A stretch of 56,176 nt of DNA from a virus (Duplodnaviria > Caudoviricetes), in the IMG/VR virus record IMGVR_UViG_3300036976_000004, positions 1 through 56,176 of that record; one strand, written 5' to 3'. How positions within the stretch are numbered: position 1 is the first letter of the stretch; each line of letters starts with the position of its first letter. The notes below the pieces were generated by a model. The model did no database searches and had not been told where the DNA came from. It saw nothing but the letters and a program-made list of their open reading frames with translations. Below are positions 17,376 to 26,834 of this stretch, in pieces. The translations under genes were made by a program, and so were the position numbers.

Positions 17376-19010
17376 TTATGCGTCTGGTTTCTCTAGTTGA
17401 GTCTTAGCTGTACTAAATCTGTCGTAGATATACCACTTAGGATTGTACTTAACAAGGTGAATCTCTTCATCTGCAAGTACAACAATCGAGTTAGTCTTCT
17501 TAGTAGTGATATCTTCTAAGAATTGAATACTCATTGTAGTGTATTCTCTGATTTCGATATTCTTCTGTGAGAAATCACCAATCAAGAACCACCCAGCAGG
17601 GATAACAGGAATTGAAATAATTGGCATACCATCCATATTTAATCTACCAGCTGCATCACGAGATACACCGATATAATGAGCGTCAGTACCTTTCAACGTT
17701 CCAATTCTCTTAGTAGTCTGTGGATTCACAAATACTGCATTAGCACTGTATAAACCAGCTTCTAAGATAGAAGATGCAGCCGAAAGAACGTCAAATTCTT
17801 GTGCATTTTCTACTGATTGATACCAATATGATAAACCGTCACCAGTCCATGCACTTGTATCAGCTTCTGCGACATAAGTAAGGTTAATTACGATTGATTT
17901 TTCATCAATCAATAAAATATCCTTATGGGTTGCATTATAAGTTGTTTCAGTTGCATTAGCAATTGTTATTGAATCACCTGAAAGTAATTCGTGAGCGACA
18001 GTAAATGTAATCAATGCTTTTGTTCCGCCGTCGTAAGTTGCTACACTAGCAATCTGCCCAGCAGTATATGATTTAGGTGTTAAATCAAAAGCTCTTGCAT
18101 CAGTTAAGATACCATTTAGATTGCTACCGGAACCGTCACCATGAAGCACTTGAACATCTTCCTTGAACATCATAGCATCAGGAACCTGTGCTAATACATG
18201 GTCAATTATAACACCTGAGCGGCCTCTGAAATATCGCTTAGATACATTCATTGACACACCCATACGAACTACTGTAGATGTATTTTCTTTTGATTTGAAA
18301 GAAACATCAGTAATTTCCTCGTTTTCGGTTAACATCTGAGTACCTAGAGTGTAGATATCATTGTAATCTGTCACCTCTGGGAATGTGATATTTGTTTCAT
18401 CTGTTTGACCTACTGAAAGATAATCTCTCATGTGAGGTTGTGTGCGTGGAATATCACGAACGTTATTAACAGGTTCAGTAATAAAGATTGTCCCGGTATG
18501 GTCAGCGGCTAATCCTGTAACAGCTTTTACATCCATCTTTGGTGTAGCACTACGCATGTCGGAAGCAACCCAACGCTTATACTCGTCAGTTTCAAATGCT
18601 TTATTCATCAAATATCTGAACTGAGCAGATTTTGAAGCTTTTGAGAATTCAACCTTATCTTTTTCAGACATACCTTCTGTAGAACCTTTAAGTTTAGCAA
18701 TATCTAAACCTTGCTCTTTAAGTTTGTCAATAAGTTCAGCGTGTTTACGATTAAGTTCTGTCTTAACTTCTTCAGCTATAGTTAAACCGTCAAGTTGCCC
18801 TTGAATTTCAGTTTTAAACGCTTCATAATCTTCTTTAGAAACAGAGCCTTTTTTAGCTTCTTCAATCTTTTGATTAAGACTATTCTTAGTCTCGTCAATG
18901 ATATGTTTATTTTTATCGGCTGTGTATTCTCCAAGTTGCTCCGGAGTTAAACCTTTGATCTCGTCTGCGGTAAGCTCTTTAAACTTGCCGTCTTGCATCC
19001 AAATTTTCAT
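17376..19010 (-). CDS. Major capsid protein (HK97 fold) with N-terminal coiled-coil and inserted beta domain
   Basis: 544 aa; EDVQVLHGDGSGSNLNGI, AVFVNP and FLIGDF motifs; follows prohead protease. Confidence 0.88.
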   Translation of the reverse strand: MKIWMQDGKFKELTADEIKGLTPEQLGEYTADKNKHIIDETKNSLNQKIEEAKKGSVSKEDYEAFKTEIQGQLDGLTIAEEVKTELNRKHAELIDKLKEQGLDIAKLKGSTEGMSEKDKVEFSKASKSAQFRYLMNKAFETDEYKRWVASDMRSATPKMDVKAVTGLAADHTGTIFITEPVNNVRDIPRTQPHMRDYLSVGQTDETNITFPEVTDYNDIYTLGTQMLTENEEITDVSFKSKENTSTVVRMGVSMNVSKRYFRGRSGVIIDHVLAQVPDAMMFKEDVQVLHGDGSGSNLNGILTDARAFDLTPKSYTAGQIASVATYDGGTKALITFTVAHELLSGDSITIANATETTYNATHKDILLIDEKSIVINLTYVAEADTSAWTGDGLSYWYQSVENAQEFDVLSAASSILEAGLYSANAVFVNPQTTKRIGTLKGTDAHYIGVSRDAAGRLNMDGMPIISIPVIPAGWFLIGDFSQKNIEIREYTTMSIQFLEDITTKKTNSIVVLADEEIHLVKYNPKWYIYDRFSTAKTQLEKPDA

Positions 19011-19012
19011 AA

Positions 19013-19834
19013 TTAATTTTTTAATTGTCCTAAATAAAATTGTGTTACTTTGTCTGTTTGAGTGTCATCAGACGGCTCATTTATTTCTTCTTGAGTGTTT
19101 TTAAACGGCTCAAGTTTATTATCGTTTTCAAGTGTTGGTGTTAGTTCATTAGAACCTGCTAAAACTGCGCTAATCTCAATTAATTTAGCTTCTAATACAA
19201 TAAAGAAATAACCTAATTCATCAGCCCTTTCTGGGTTCCCAAGTAAATGATAATACTTTTCCCAATTTGCAAACTCATTTTTTTCATCAGGGTCGTTTAT
19301 TGCTAAATCTAACTTTATATAGCGAATACCAACACTATGCTGGTCTATTTTACCTTCTTTATAAAGCTTGAATATCTGAGTGTTGTAATCTTTAATGATT
19401 TGCGAATCCATCATTAAAGCTTCGGTATAACCTTCTTTATTTACTCCTAAATCAGACCATTTAATAGAATCTTCCCTAAATGAGATGGGTTCGCCAACTT
19501 TACTAGTTAATTTAAATTCATGGTCGTGAAGATGAAATATTTTTTCTGGTCTTTCTTTTATTGATTTAGCGAAATTACCTGAAACATGGATATCTTCGTG
19601 ATGATCTACCCAATAGTAAGTATTTCCGACAATAGTTCTCTCAATTACTTCATCAGTATCTTTATTCAGATTTGAGGTAATTGCCTTGTTTGCTACGTTA
19701 TTATCTTTGAATAGCTTTACTTTTACAGGATCACAATATTTGATTTCTGACTTTTTCATCTCAATAATTTGAGATTTATTCGTAATCAAATATTTGTGTA
19801 ATTCTTCTTTTGTATTAAATTTAGGTAATTCCAT
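19013..19834 (-). CDS. Prohead maturation protease
   Basis: D.H.D, FHLHDH, QHSVG and EAKLIEISAV motifs of HK97-type proteases. Confidence 0.85.
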   Translation of the reverse strand: MELPKFNTKEELHKYLITNKSQIIEMKKSEIKYCDPVKVKLFKDNNVANKAITSNLNKDTDEVIERTIVGNTYYWVDHHEDIHVSGNFAKSIKERPEKIFHLHDHEFKLTSKVGEPISFREDSIKWSDLGVNKEGYTEALMMDSQIIKDYNTQIFKLYKEGKIDQHSVGIRYIKLDLAINDPDEKNEFANWEKYYHLLGNPERADELGYFFIVLEAKLIEISAVLAGSNELTPTLENDNKLEPFKNTQEEINEPSDDTQTDKVTQFYLGQLKN

Positions 19835-20046
19835 TATTTACAAATTATATTATTATTACCTATTTTCTTGATTTTATCAGAAATTAACCTGTCTTTTGTT
19901 TTTATATGACTCCATTGAGTAGAACATATATCGACTGCTTGTTCTTGTTCCTCTCCTTCATCTATCATAAAAGAAACGCAGCGAGACATGAAATTATCTT
20001 CTGTTTCTCCTGAAATTGGTACGGGTATTGGTTTAATTACTGTCAT
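19834..20046 (-). CDS. Small head-assembly-associated protein
   Basis: PIP.P..GE.E..FMSRC...QAVDIC..QW motif seen next to phage head genes; leaderless. Confidence 0.55.
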   Translation of the reverse strand: MTVIKPIPVPISGETEDNFMSRCVSFMIDEGEEQEQAVDICSTQWSHIKTKDRLISDKIKKIGNNNIICK

Positions 20047-20050
20047 ATTG

Positions 20051-20085
20051 CAAAGATAATTAATTTATTTAGATTTATTCTAAAT
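20051..20085 (-). promoter_or_regulatory. Late-class promoter (gap 8), leaderless
   Basis: caaagata 20051-20058; atttagatttattctaaat 20067-20085. Confidence 0.8.
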
Positions 20086-20399
20086 TAGAATATCTTAAAC
20101 TGTTTGACACAGCATTTAGCTAATGAATCAATATCATCCTGATTCAATAAAGATGGTAATGCTTCAGGCTCGTCTAACCTATAATATCTATACTTTGTTC
20201 CTTGAATGTAGATAGTGTCGTCTCCTTGAATGGAGTACAACCCATCCAAAAGTACTATGTTGCTAATAGTGTCTATGTGATGATAAATCACCCAATCGGC
20301 TTTAACATCACCTACGTAAACATTTTCTTTTGTTGGTTTTCCGATATGCGAAAAACTCATAAATCCAAATACTACTATAATTAATAATAACTGTTTCAT
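20085..20399 (-). CDS. Secreted/membrane hypothetical protein
   Basis: N-terminal signal-like segment; downstream of fibre gene. Confidence 0.5.
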   Translation of the reverse strand: MKQLLLIIVVFGFMSFSHIGKPTKENVYVGDVKADWVIYHHIDTISNIVLLDGLYSIQGDDTIYIQGTKYRYYRLDEPEALPSLLNQDDIDSLAKCCVKQFKIF

Positions 20400-20402
20400 G
20401 TC

Positions 20403-22073
20403 TTATTTTTTTAATTTCATTTTAAAATTAATACTTGAACTGTTCCAACTTGAACCACCATCATCATCATTTAAGTAAAGCGGTGTGTCATCTATCAAGC
20501 TAAGAACTTTGTTTACTGGTATAGTTAATATTCCATTTGCAGGTACAACTTGATTTATAAAGATATCATTACCTCCCGGAGTTGTTCCACAATCTAACGT
20601 TGCAATGTTTCCGGTTGTATTTTCCAATAGAATGTAATCAACAAAGAATCCTTTCCTAACTAGATTAGTTTTTCCTTGTATTAAAGTGTCTCCGGTTATA
20701 TTATTCTGATATACTTGATCTTTATCAAGATATCCTGATATCTCTACATTGGTATGATTAGCATGGTTTCCATTCCCTGAAGTATCTTCATCTGAATTAA
20801 TACCTCTACCTTCTGGAGTGATAGACCATGTCTCTCCAAGTTGAACTAACTCAAATGTAGTTATATTTGTTGTTCCTGATGCGGCATTTCTTAATGATAT
20901 ACCGTTATCTTCTGCTATAAATTCTACTTCCTCATCAAATGTACCTGTCATATCGTTAATATAGATAATGCCAGTTGCAACATCTAATGATGATCTAACT
21001 TGAAACACATCAGCAGTTGTATTCCCTGCAATTCTAAGCTTATATAACTTACCTTTCTTTAATGTAATATCAGGTTTATCAATATAACCTATTGTAGTTG
21101 TAGTGAAAGAATCAGCATCATCAATTGTTGCGTCAGTATCATTCCACCCACTTGTGAAATTCCATCCACTCAATAAGTCAGTATTGTTTGCTCCTTGGTA
21201 TTTATATGGTACTTCTTGAGATAATGTTATGTCAGTTATTTCTTGTTGAGTTAAGGCTTTGTTGAAGCTATACATAAACGTAACAACACCACTTATATCT
21301 AACATTATATTTAGTAACGCAGTTACATTAAGGTTAACAACCCCTGATAACACATCATCTTTAATTAAATTTCCATCTTTATATAGTAATATCTTATTAT
21401 TTTCAACATCTCTCACTATCGCATACGTAAATATACCACTATCTAACTCTAAATATGAAACCTTATTACTATTAACAAAACCTGAACCTTCGCTGTCATA
21501 ATACCCGAATGTGTTTGGGTTGCTACTTGAGATTAATGTGAAATGATTTTGTGTTGATGAATTTTTACCGAAAATTGTTTTAAATGTTGATTTTTGCGTT
21601 TTCGGATAACTAGTCTTCCATATGAATGTAAATGAATTTAAACCATAACTAAATTGATTAGATCCTCTTACTACACTAAAAGCACTTTCACCATCGTAAT
21701 ATAATGATGGTTGGATGGGGTTTGTCTCAATTATTTTCTGATTCAAGATATAATCTAAAGCGTCAAGATTTAAAATTGATCGTTTAGTCCAATCTGCTCC
21801 ATCCCAATCAGCACGGACAAACTCGTTATCTACTTCTATTCCATCGAAATTAATATAAGTACCATTCGCTAATAGGATATATGACACTTTTTGGTCTGGC
21901 GCACCTGGATCAAAATTAACATCATCTACCGATCCTAAATCAAGATAACCAACCCCTAAACTATCTATCATAGCTTTATAAACTATTGCTGCTTTATCTC
22001 CTGTAATATCTTGAATCCCATTATCTCTAAATAATGCATCAATCTGTGTTTTTATTATATCGTAAGCTGCCAT
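20403..22073 (-). CDS. Tail fibre/receptor-binding protein with LamG/ConA-like domain
   Basis: N-terminal NG.QDITG anchor motif; YAIVRD...LYKDGNL...FNKALTQQEI LamG-like pattern. Confidence 0.65.
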   Translation of the reverse strand: MAAYDIIKTQIDALFRDNGIQDITGDKAAIVYKAMIDSLGVGYLDLGSVDDVNFDPGAPDQKVSYILLANGTYINFDGIEVDNEFVRADWDGADWTKRSILNLDALDYILNQKIIETNPIQPSLYYDGESAFSVVRGSNQFSYGLNSFTFIWKTSYPKTQKSTFKTIFGKNSSTQNHFTLISSSNPNTFGYYDSEGSGFVNSNKVSYLELDSGIFTYAIVRDVENNKILLYKDGNLIKDDVLSGVVNLNVTALLNIMLDISGVVTFMYSFNKALTQQEITDITLSQEVPYKYQGANNTDLLSGWNFTSGWNDTDATIDDADSFTTTTIGYIDKPDITLKKGKLYKLRIAGNTTADVFQVRSSLDVATGIIYINDMTGTFDEEVEFIAEDNGISLRNAASGTTNITTFELVQLGETWSITPEGRGINSDEDTSGNGNHANHTNVEISGYLDKDQVYQNNITGDTLIQGKTNLVRKGFFVDYILLENTTGNIATLDCGTTPGGNDIFINQVVPANGILTIPVNKVLSLIDDTPLYLNDDDGGSSWNSSSINFKMKLKK

Positions 22074-22077
22074 AATC

Positions 22078-23016
22078 TTATATTGTTCCTATATTCCAAT
22101 CTTCATTAAAATCATTTTCTGAATAATCACCACCCAAAGAGTTACCAATTACTTTGAATGAAAATTCACTACTACTATATATCTCGTTATCTATTTTGAC
22201 AGTGAAAAAATCACACTCAACTAATGGATTACCTAAACCGTCCTTAACTCTTAGTTTGAATCTTTTTAGCTCATTATCGTAAACGATAGAATCAATTACT
22301 AAACTTTGATTGCTTGCTATTGAATAATCAATAATAACAAAGTCAGTCGTTTCTAAGCTTGTTAATTCAGTTCTACACGGTCTAACTGCTTTGAAGTACC
22401 CGTAATTTTCAAATACTGAATAATCAGACTTCATCATAATAGTTAACCCGATCTTCATTAAATCAAGAAGATTATCGTACCACCATTCAGGCTTACACAT
22501 GTAAATGTTATTCATTTCTTGCTTATCTTTGAAATTCATAAGCAGCGGATAAGACACTTGTATTTCCGATTCTCCTGGTAAAGGATTTTTTACTGGCTTA
22601 ATCTCAGTCTTAAATCCTTTTATTCTTCCGTTTCTGTCTTGTGTAGCATATATCTTACCATCTTCCAACACGAATATAACACGATAAATAGTAGATGTTA
22701 ACTCTTGAATTATTCGGTTATAATCGCAGAAATTAGATTCTAAATGAACTCGAATAGAAGCGTAACCGTCTCTTAAACGTGTCTTTTTGCTTGTTGAAGT
22801 TGTATTAATCGAAGTATCATCGGTTAAGATAGCATATTCGTACAAACCAGCAGGAATATAGACTTTCTGTTCATCTCTAATTAATTCTTCCCATCTATCT
22901 ATATTTAATATCTCATTTTCCGTAAAAGATACGTCAGTAGCTGTAATTATAACCTGTGCTACTGACCTAGGAAGCAATGATTTATATTTACTAACTCCTG
23001 CGGGTAATTTTCTCAT
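22078..23016 (-). CDS. Tail tube paralogue 3 with acidic-aromatic C-terminal peptide
   Basis: LPAGVS, LPRSV..VIIT..DV.FT, LRDGY, ESN.CD and YRVIFVLEDG shared with 12674 ORF; ends GGDYSENDFNEDWNIGTI. Confidence 0.7.
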   Translation of the reverse strand: MRKLPAGVSKYKSLLPRSVAQVIITATDVSFTENEILNIDRWEELIRDEQKVYIPAGLYEYAILTDDTSINTTSTSKKTRLRDGYASIRVHLESNFCDYNRIIQELTSTIYRVIFVLEDGKIYATQDRNGRIKGFKTEIKPVKNPLPGESEIQVSYPLLMNFKDKQEMNNIYMCKPEWWYDNLLDLMKIGLTIMMKSDYSVFENYGYFKAVRPCRTELTSLETTDFVIIDYSIASNQSLVIDSIVYDNELKRFKLRVKDGLGNPLVECDFFTVKIDNEIYSSSEFSFKVIGNSLGGDYSENDFNEDWNIGTI

Positions 23017-23020
23017 ATCG

Positions 23021-23055
23021 CAAAGATACGAATTTTATTTAGAATAGTTTTAAAT
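23021..23055 (-). promoter_or_regulatory. Late-class promoter (gap 8), leaderless
   Basis: caaagata 23021-23028; atttagaatagttttaaat 23037-23055. Confidence 0.8.
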
Positions 23056-23070
23056 AAGGATTTATGTAAT

Positions 23071-23102
23071 AAAAAACACCCTCTCTTAATTTGAGAGGGT
23101 GT
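23071..23102 (-). terminator. Intrinsic terminator
   Basis: acaccctctc..gagagggtgt followed by U-tract on minus strand. Confidence 0.75.
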
Positions 23103-23162
23103 GATAATTAAAGTCTTCCTATATAACGAAGCTAGGGTAATAACCTTTCTAAGGGTTTATAA

Positions 23163-23459
23163 TTAATTTTTAATCATCTTTCTACGACCTTTTGAAGTTA
23201 GATAAATATGATTACCTGTCTTACCACCTCTAGGGCTATCATTATCTTGGTGAAAGTCAACATTTTCTTTTAATCCTGCTGATCTTAATACCATTATAGT
23301 CTCATAAGTGTAATCAAGATTAGTGCAATATCTGCCACGTCCTGAAGTCCAGCAAGTATAAATCTTATTACCTGTCTCTAGTAATTCTAGAGCTAATTTA
23401 TAACCGTTTGAGCTTTTAGAATATCGGCTAACTCTGTTTTCAAATGTTGATCTTTTCAT
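23163..23459 (-). CDS. Hypothetical early protein
   Basis: WTSGRGRY and NDSPRGGKTG motifs; aaaacaaaacaagATG leader. Confidence 0.65.
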   Translation of the reverse strand: MKRSTFENRVSRYSKSSNGYKLALELLETGNKIYTCWTSGRGRYCTNLDYTYETIMVLRSAGLKENVDFHQDNDSPRGGKTGNHIYLTSKGRRKMIKN

Positions 23460-23580
23460 CTTGTTTTGTTTTAGGTTAATTTCTCATTGTTTATAAGACA
23501 AATATAATAAGAATATTAATACACTCTACAAAAAGATTAAATTATTTTTAAAAAAATGCTTATTTATAATTATTACAAAT

Positions 23581-23610
23581 AAAAACCCTCCTCGGAATCC
23601 CGAGGAGGTA
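23581..23610 (-). terminator. Intrinsic terminator
   Basis: cctcctcgg..ccgaggagg hairpin plus U-tract. Confidence 0.75.
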
Positions 23611-23674
23611 AAAACCTAAAAACAAGAAAAAAGAAAAGCCCCGCCCGCTTTGTCTGCTATCGCAGCCATTAGGG

Positions 23675-24853
23675 TTAGTGCGCCTTAAAGTTGTATATTG
23701 GTTTAATAATATCAACAATTTCCGCAGTAGCTCCAATAGCTTCTAAAATCTCATTCATTGGTTTGTAAGCGTTCGGTGCTTCATCCAATGTTTCAGTTAG
23801 AACAGAAGTAGAATAAACATCTTTCATTTGCTCTTTAAACTCTTCAAAGTTTAAATTCTTATGCGCTTGCTTTCTACCCATTAAACGCCCTGCTCCGTGT
23901 GGTGCTGAGTAGTTCCAATCATCATTACCTTTACCTTTGGCAATAATAGAGCCGTCACGCATATTAATTGGAATCAATAAAGTTTCTCCATTTTCAGCAG
24001 AAACAGCACCTTTGCGTAACATCATTCTATTAAAATCAATGTAGTTGTGTGTGGTTTCAAATGAATCTAACTCTGTTAAACCAGCTTCTTTTAAAATAAT
24101 ATTAGCCATTGTTCTACGGTTCAATACAGCGTATTTCTGCATTAATTCCATATCGTGCATATAGTTTTCAAAATCAACACCAGTTAAGTAGGCTAAATCT
24201 TTGTTAATCTCAGGCTTTTTAAGTTTCTTCAATTCCTTACCTATCTCATTTTGCCTACCTTCTTTTTTAAGTTTGGCAATTAAAGCTTCTCGCTCTTTGC
24301 TATTATCGGTTAGGTTTTCAATCGCAATATCTTGGTAATGTTTTGCAACTTGCCCACCAATATTTCGAGAGCCTGAATGAATTACTAAAAACAATTCATT
24401 TTTGGAATTTTTGCCAACTTCAATAAAATGGTTTCCTCCACCCAATGAGCCAATTGAAAGTTTCGCACGTTCAATATTTAGGTTTTTAGCAATCAATTTA
24501 TCAAATTCAAAATCTGCTTTAGGTTCTGAATGAATATTAAAGCCATTAGGCACAAACTCGTTAATAACAGCATCTAATTTTTGCAAATCAATATCAGTTT
24601 CTCTTAGCTTCACAGTAAGCATTCCGCAACCAATATCAACGCCAACTAAATTAGGAGTAATCTTATCTTTAATCTCCATTGTAGTGCCAATAGTGCATCC
24701 TGCTCCTGCGTGGCAATCAGGCATAATTCTAATTTTAGAATCTGCGTAAGGTTCAAACTCTCCAAGTTCTTTAATTTGCTCTAAAGCAACATCTTCTAAA
24801 GTAGTTGCGTAAATCTTAATATCGTTTCCGTTTTTTCTTTTAATAGTTTTCAT
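23675..24853 (-). CDS. rtcB: RtcB-family RNA ligase
   Basis: MPDCHAG, GVDIGCG, GGGNHFIE, HSGSR, HNY, SAPHGAGR and DEAP.AYK motifs. Confidence 0.93.
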   Translation of the reverse strand: MKTIKRKNGNDIKIYATTLEDVALEQIKELGEFEPYADSKIRIMPDCHAGAGCTIGTTMEIKDKITPNLVGVDIGCGMLTVKLRETDIDLQKLDAVINEFVPNGFNIHSEPKADFEFDKLIAKNLNIERAKLSIGSLGGGNHFIEVGKNSKNELFLVIHSGSRNIGGQVAKHYQDIAIENLTDNSKEREALIAKLKKEGRQNEIGKELKKLKKPEINKDLAYLTGVDFENYMHDMELMQKYAVLNRRTMANIILKEAGLTELDSFETTHNYIDFNRMMLRKGAVSAENGETLLIPINMRDGSIIAKGKGNDDWNYSAPHGAGRLMGRKQAHKNLNFEEFKEQMKDVYSTSVLTETLDEAPNAYKPMNEILEAIGATAEIVDIIKPIYNFKAH

Positions 24854-24906
24854 AATGTTGTATTATTTTTTAGTATTATTAAACTTTCTACTAAACTGGT
24901 CGCCCA

Positions 24907-25050
24907 GCATATAACACGGTATCAAACCGCATTAAAACGATTCATATTTTAGTGTTGTGGTTCATTGCTAAAAATGAATAATAGTTAGCAATTTTGTACG
25001 TCAGTTCTTTTGTGAAAGAAGCAACGACACCACAACAATGTATATATAAA
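24907..25050 (-). mobile_element. Integron-like cassette locus B (ORF-less mini-cassette and start of rtcB cassette)
   Basis: Minus strand GTTGTGGTGTCGTTGC (25036-25021)...GCAATGAACCACAAC (24968-24954), then a hairpin ending GTTATATGC (24915-24907) upstream of rtcB. Confidence 0.65.
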
Positions 25051-25061
25051 ATAAAAGCTAA

Positions 25062-25367
25062 CTACGCATTGGCTCTCTGTCTCTGCATTTCTTCAAGTCG
25101 TTCTTGAAATCGACTTCTCTTCCCTGTTGTCCGCCTTTGTTTCATATCATCCCACGCACGGTTTCTTTGTTTAACTTTTGCTACTGCTGCAATAATGGTT
25201 ATCGCAATTGCAATTACCGCGCTTATCACAAAAGCCCACACACTCCACCAATTGAACTCTTTGTCTTTTGCCAAGTATAGTATAAACTCAATTATTCCCC
25301 ATACAAAGGCTACATTAGCAGTTATAACCGCCAATACTTGTGCTACTAATAAACTTACTACTTTCAT
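25062..25367 (-). CDS. Membrane protein (2 TM)
   Basis: Hydrophobic N-half; KRSRFQERLEEM basic tail. Confidence 0.6.
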   Translation of the reverse strand: MKVVSLLVAQVLAVITANVAFVWGIIEFILYLAKDKEFNWWSVWAFVISAVIAIAITIIAAVAKVKQRNRAWDDMKQRRTTGKRSRFQERLEEMQRQRANA

Positions 25368-25386
25368 GTTACTTTAGTTTTATTAA

Positions 25387-25920
25387 TTAATATTTATGAC
25401 CAAAAAATCCATGATAACACAGATTGAAGCCGCTAGTGTAGCTAACAAAGTTTATGCCTGCTTCAATAAAATATACATACCATTTCTTGTCAAAGCTCAT
25501 AGTAATAATTAAAGATGTGCCTATAAATACATTCCTTCCGGTTCTTCCTAAGTGATACCAATCTGTAGACCATGATAAGAATGTAGTACTTCCGAAATAA
25601 GCAGGTGTATTAGTCGTGTGGTCTCCGTCCTTCCATTTGTTCTTCCAACTTATAGAAGGATTAAAGAAATTCTCATTGGCGTTAGGAAATCTAGATTTAA
25701 AGGCATTGTAATCATGTTTTATAATTTCTACTGATCCGTCAAGTGCTCCTGCAACGAATAAAGCAGAAGAACGTAATATTTGACGTTTAAGCCATGTTTT
25801 ATTCATTCCTGATTCGTTTAGGAATCGACCGACCTTTTTTTCAGGATTCCATAACCTTACTTGTGCTTGTGTTGTGAACGCAATTAATAGAATTAATGTA
25901 AATGTTGTTAGTTTTTTCAT
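25387..25920 (-). CDS. Signal-peptide/membrane protein of a Bacteroidota phage family
   Basis: Signal peptide; SWKNKW..G and FGSTTFL...TD.YHL motifs. Confidence 0.6.
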   Translation of the reverse strand: MKKLTTFTLILLIAFTTQAQVRLWNPEKKVGRFLNESGMNKTWLKRQILRSSALFVAGALDGSVEIIKHDYNAFKSRFPNANENFFNPSISWKNKWKDGDHTTNTPAYFGSTTFLSWSTDWYHLGRTGRNVFIGTSLIITMSFDKKWYVYFIEAGINFVSYTSGFNLCYHGFFGHKY

Positions 25921-26085
25921 TGTTATTTAGTTTTATAGTGAATAAATAATTCCTTCAATCAGTTTGAATATTAGTGTGCATCCACACAGGATAAATATTA
26001 CTCCTTTCAAATTTCTATTTTCTTCTTTTATGCAATCTTTATAAAAGTTGATTGCTATTTCTTTAATAAATTGTTTCATGGTTAT

Positions 26086-26277
26086 TTAGCTTTTAGTTAA
26101 ATATTCATATTTGTGAAAACTTCTTTCTCGTATCGGCTTTACGTACGGCTCTGTTCTGAAATACAATAGCAAAGCATTTTGTTTACCGTCATTGAATTTA
26201 TAACTGTCAACAAACTCGAATCCTGTTAACTCTCCGTTATTGATTCGCTGTTTGATTCTGTTGTGGTATGGGTACAT
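26086..26277 (-). CDS. Hypothetical protein
   Basis: MYPYHNRIKQRI start; repeated leader. Confidence 0.6.
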   Translation of the reverse strand: MYPYHNRIKQRINNGELTGFEFVDSYKFNDGKQNALLLYFRTEPYVKPIRERSFHKYEYLTKS

Positions 26278-26352
26278 CTTGTTTTTGTTTTTGTTTGATA
26301 CTTACTTTCACCCAGAAACCCCGCATTTGTTTCAGTACGGGGTTTGACATTG

Positions 26353-26565
26353 TTATATATAATCTTCTAAATCTTTAGTTACTTGAAATAACTGCTGCCT
26401 TAATGAAACTATTTTAGAACGTTCTTCTACAGCCTCTTCAATATCGTCAAAATACATTGTTGCATATTCATCTTTTCTCATCTTTCTAATTGTTTTTGTT
26501 ATAGATTTTATTTCTAAATCGTACTTTTCTATTTTTTCTTGGTATCGCTTAATTAAATTTTTCAT
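26353..26565 (-). CDS. Hypothetical coiled-coil protein
   Basis: A-rich leader; gap-11 promoter 26597-26634. Confidence 0.6.
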   Translation of the reverse strand: MKNLIKRYQEKIEKYDLEIKSITKTIRKMRKDEYATMYFDDIEEAVEERSKIVSLRQQLFQVTKDLEDYI

Positions 26566-26647
26566 CTTGTTTTTGTTTTTGTTTGTTTATATGATGTAAA
26601 GATAATAATAATTATATTAAGAATCGTTTTAAATTAAATTTTAATTT

Positions 26648-26728
26648 AAAAAGGCTGAGGCTCTCTTGCACACAGCCTTTAAGGTGTCAACTATTCTAAA
26701 CAGAAAATGGTTAAATTTTCTATTTATC
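26648..26728 (-). ncRNA. Candidate ~80-nt small RNA
   Basis: Gap-11 promoter 26733-26770, no convincing ORF, terminator hairpin 26648-26680. Confidence 0.45.
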
Positions 26729-26834
26729 ATAACAAATATAGTGATTCTTTTGTTAAGAATGGGTGTAAATAAAAAATCCCGGCTCTCTTGCACGGGATTC
26801 TTTGAATAAATTAATAATCTTTCCGGGTTATTAA

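Noticed and set aside
20403-22073. Diversity-generating retroelement targeting fibre genes
   Set aside because: No reverse transcriptase and no adenine-variant template/variable repeat pair seen
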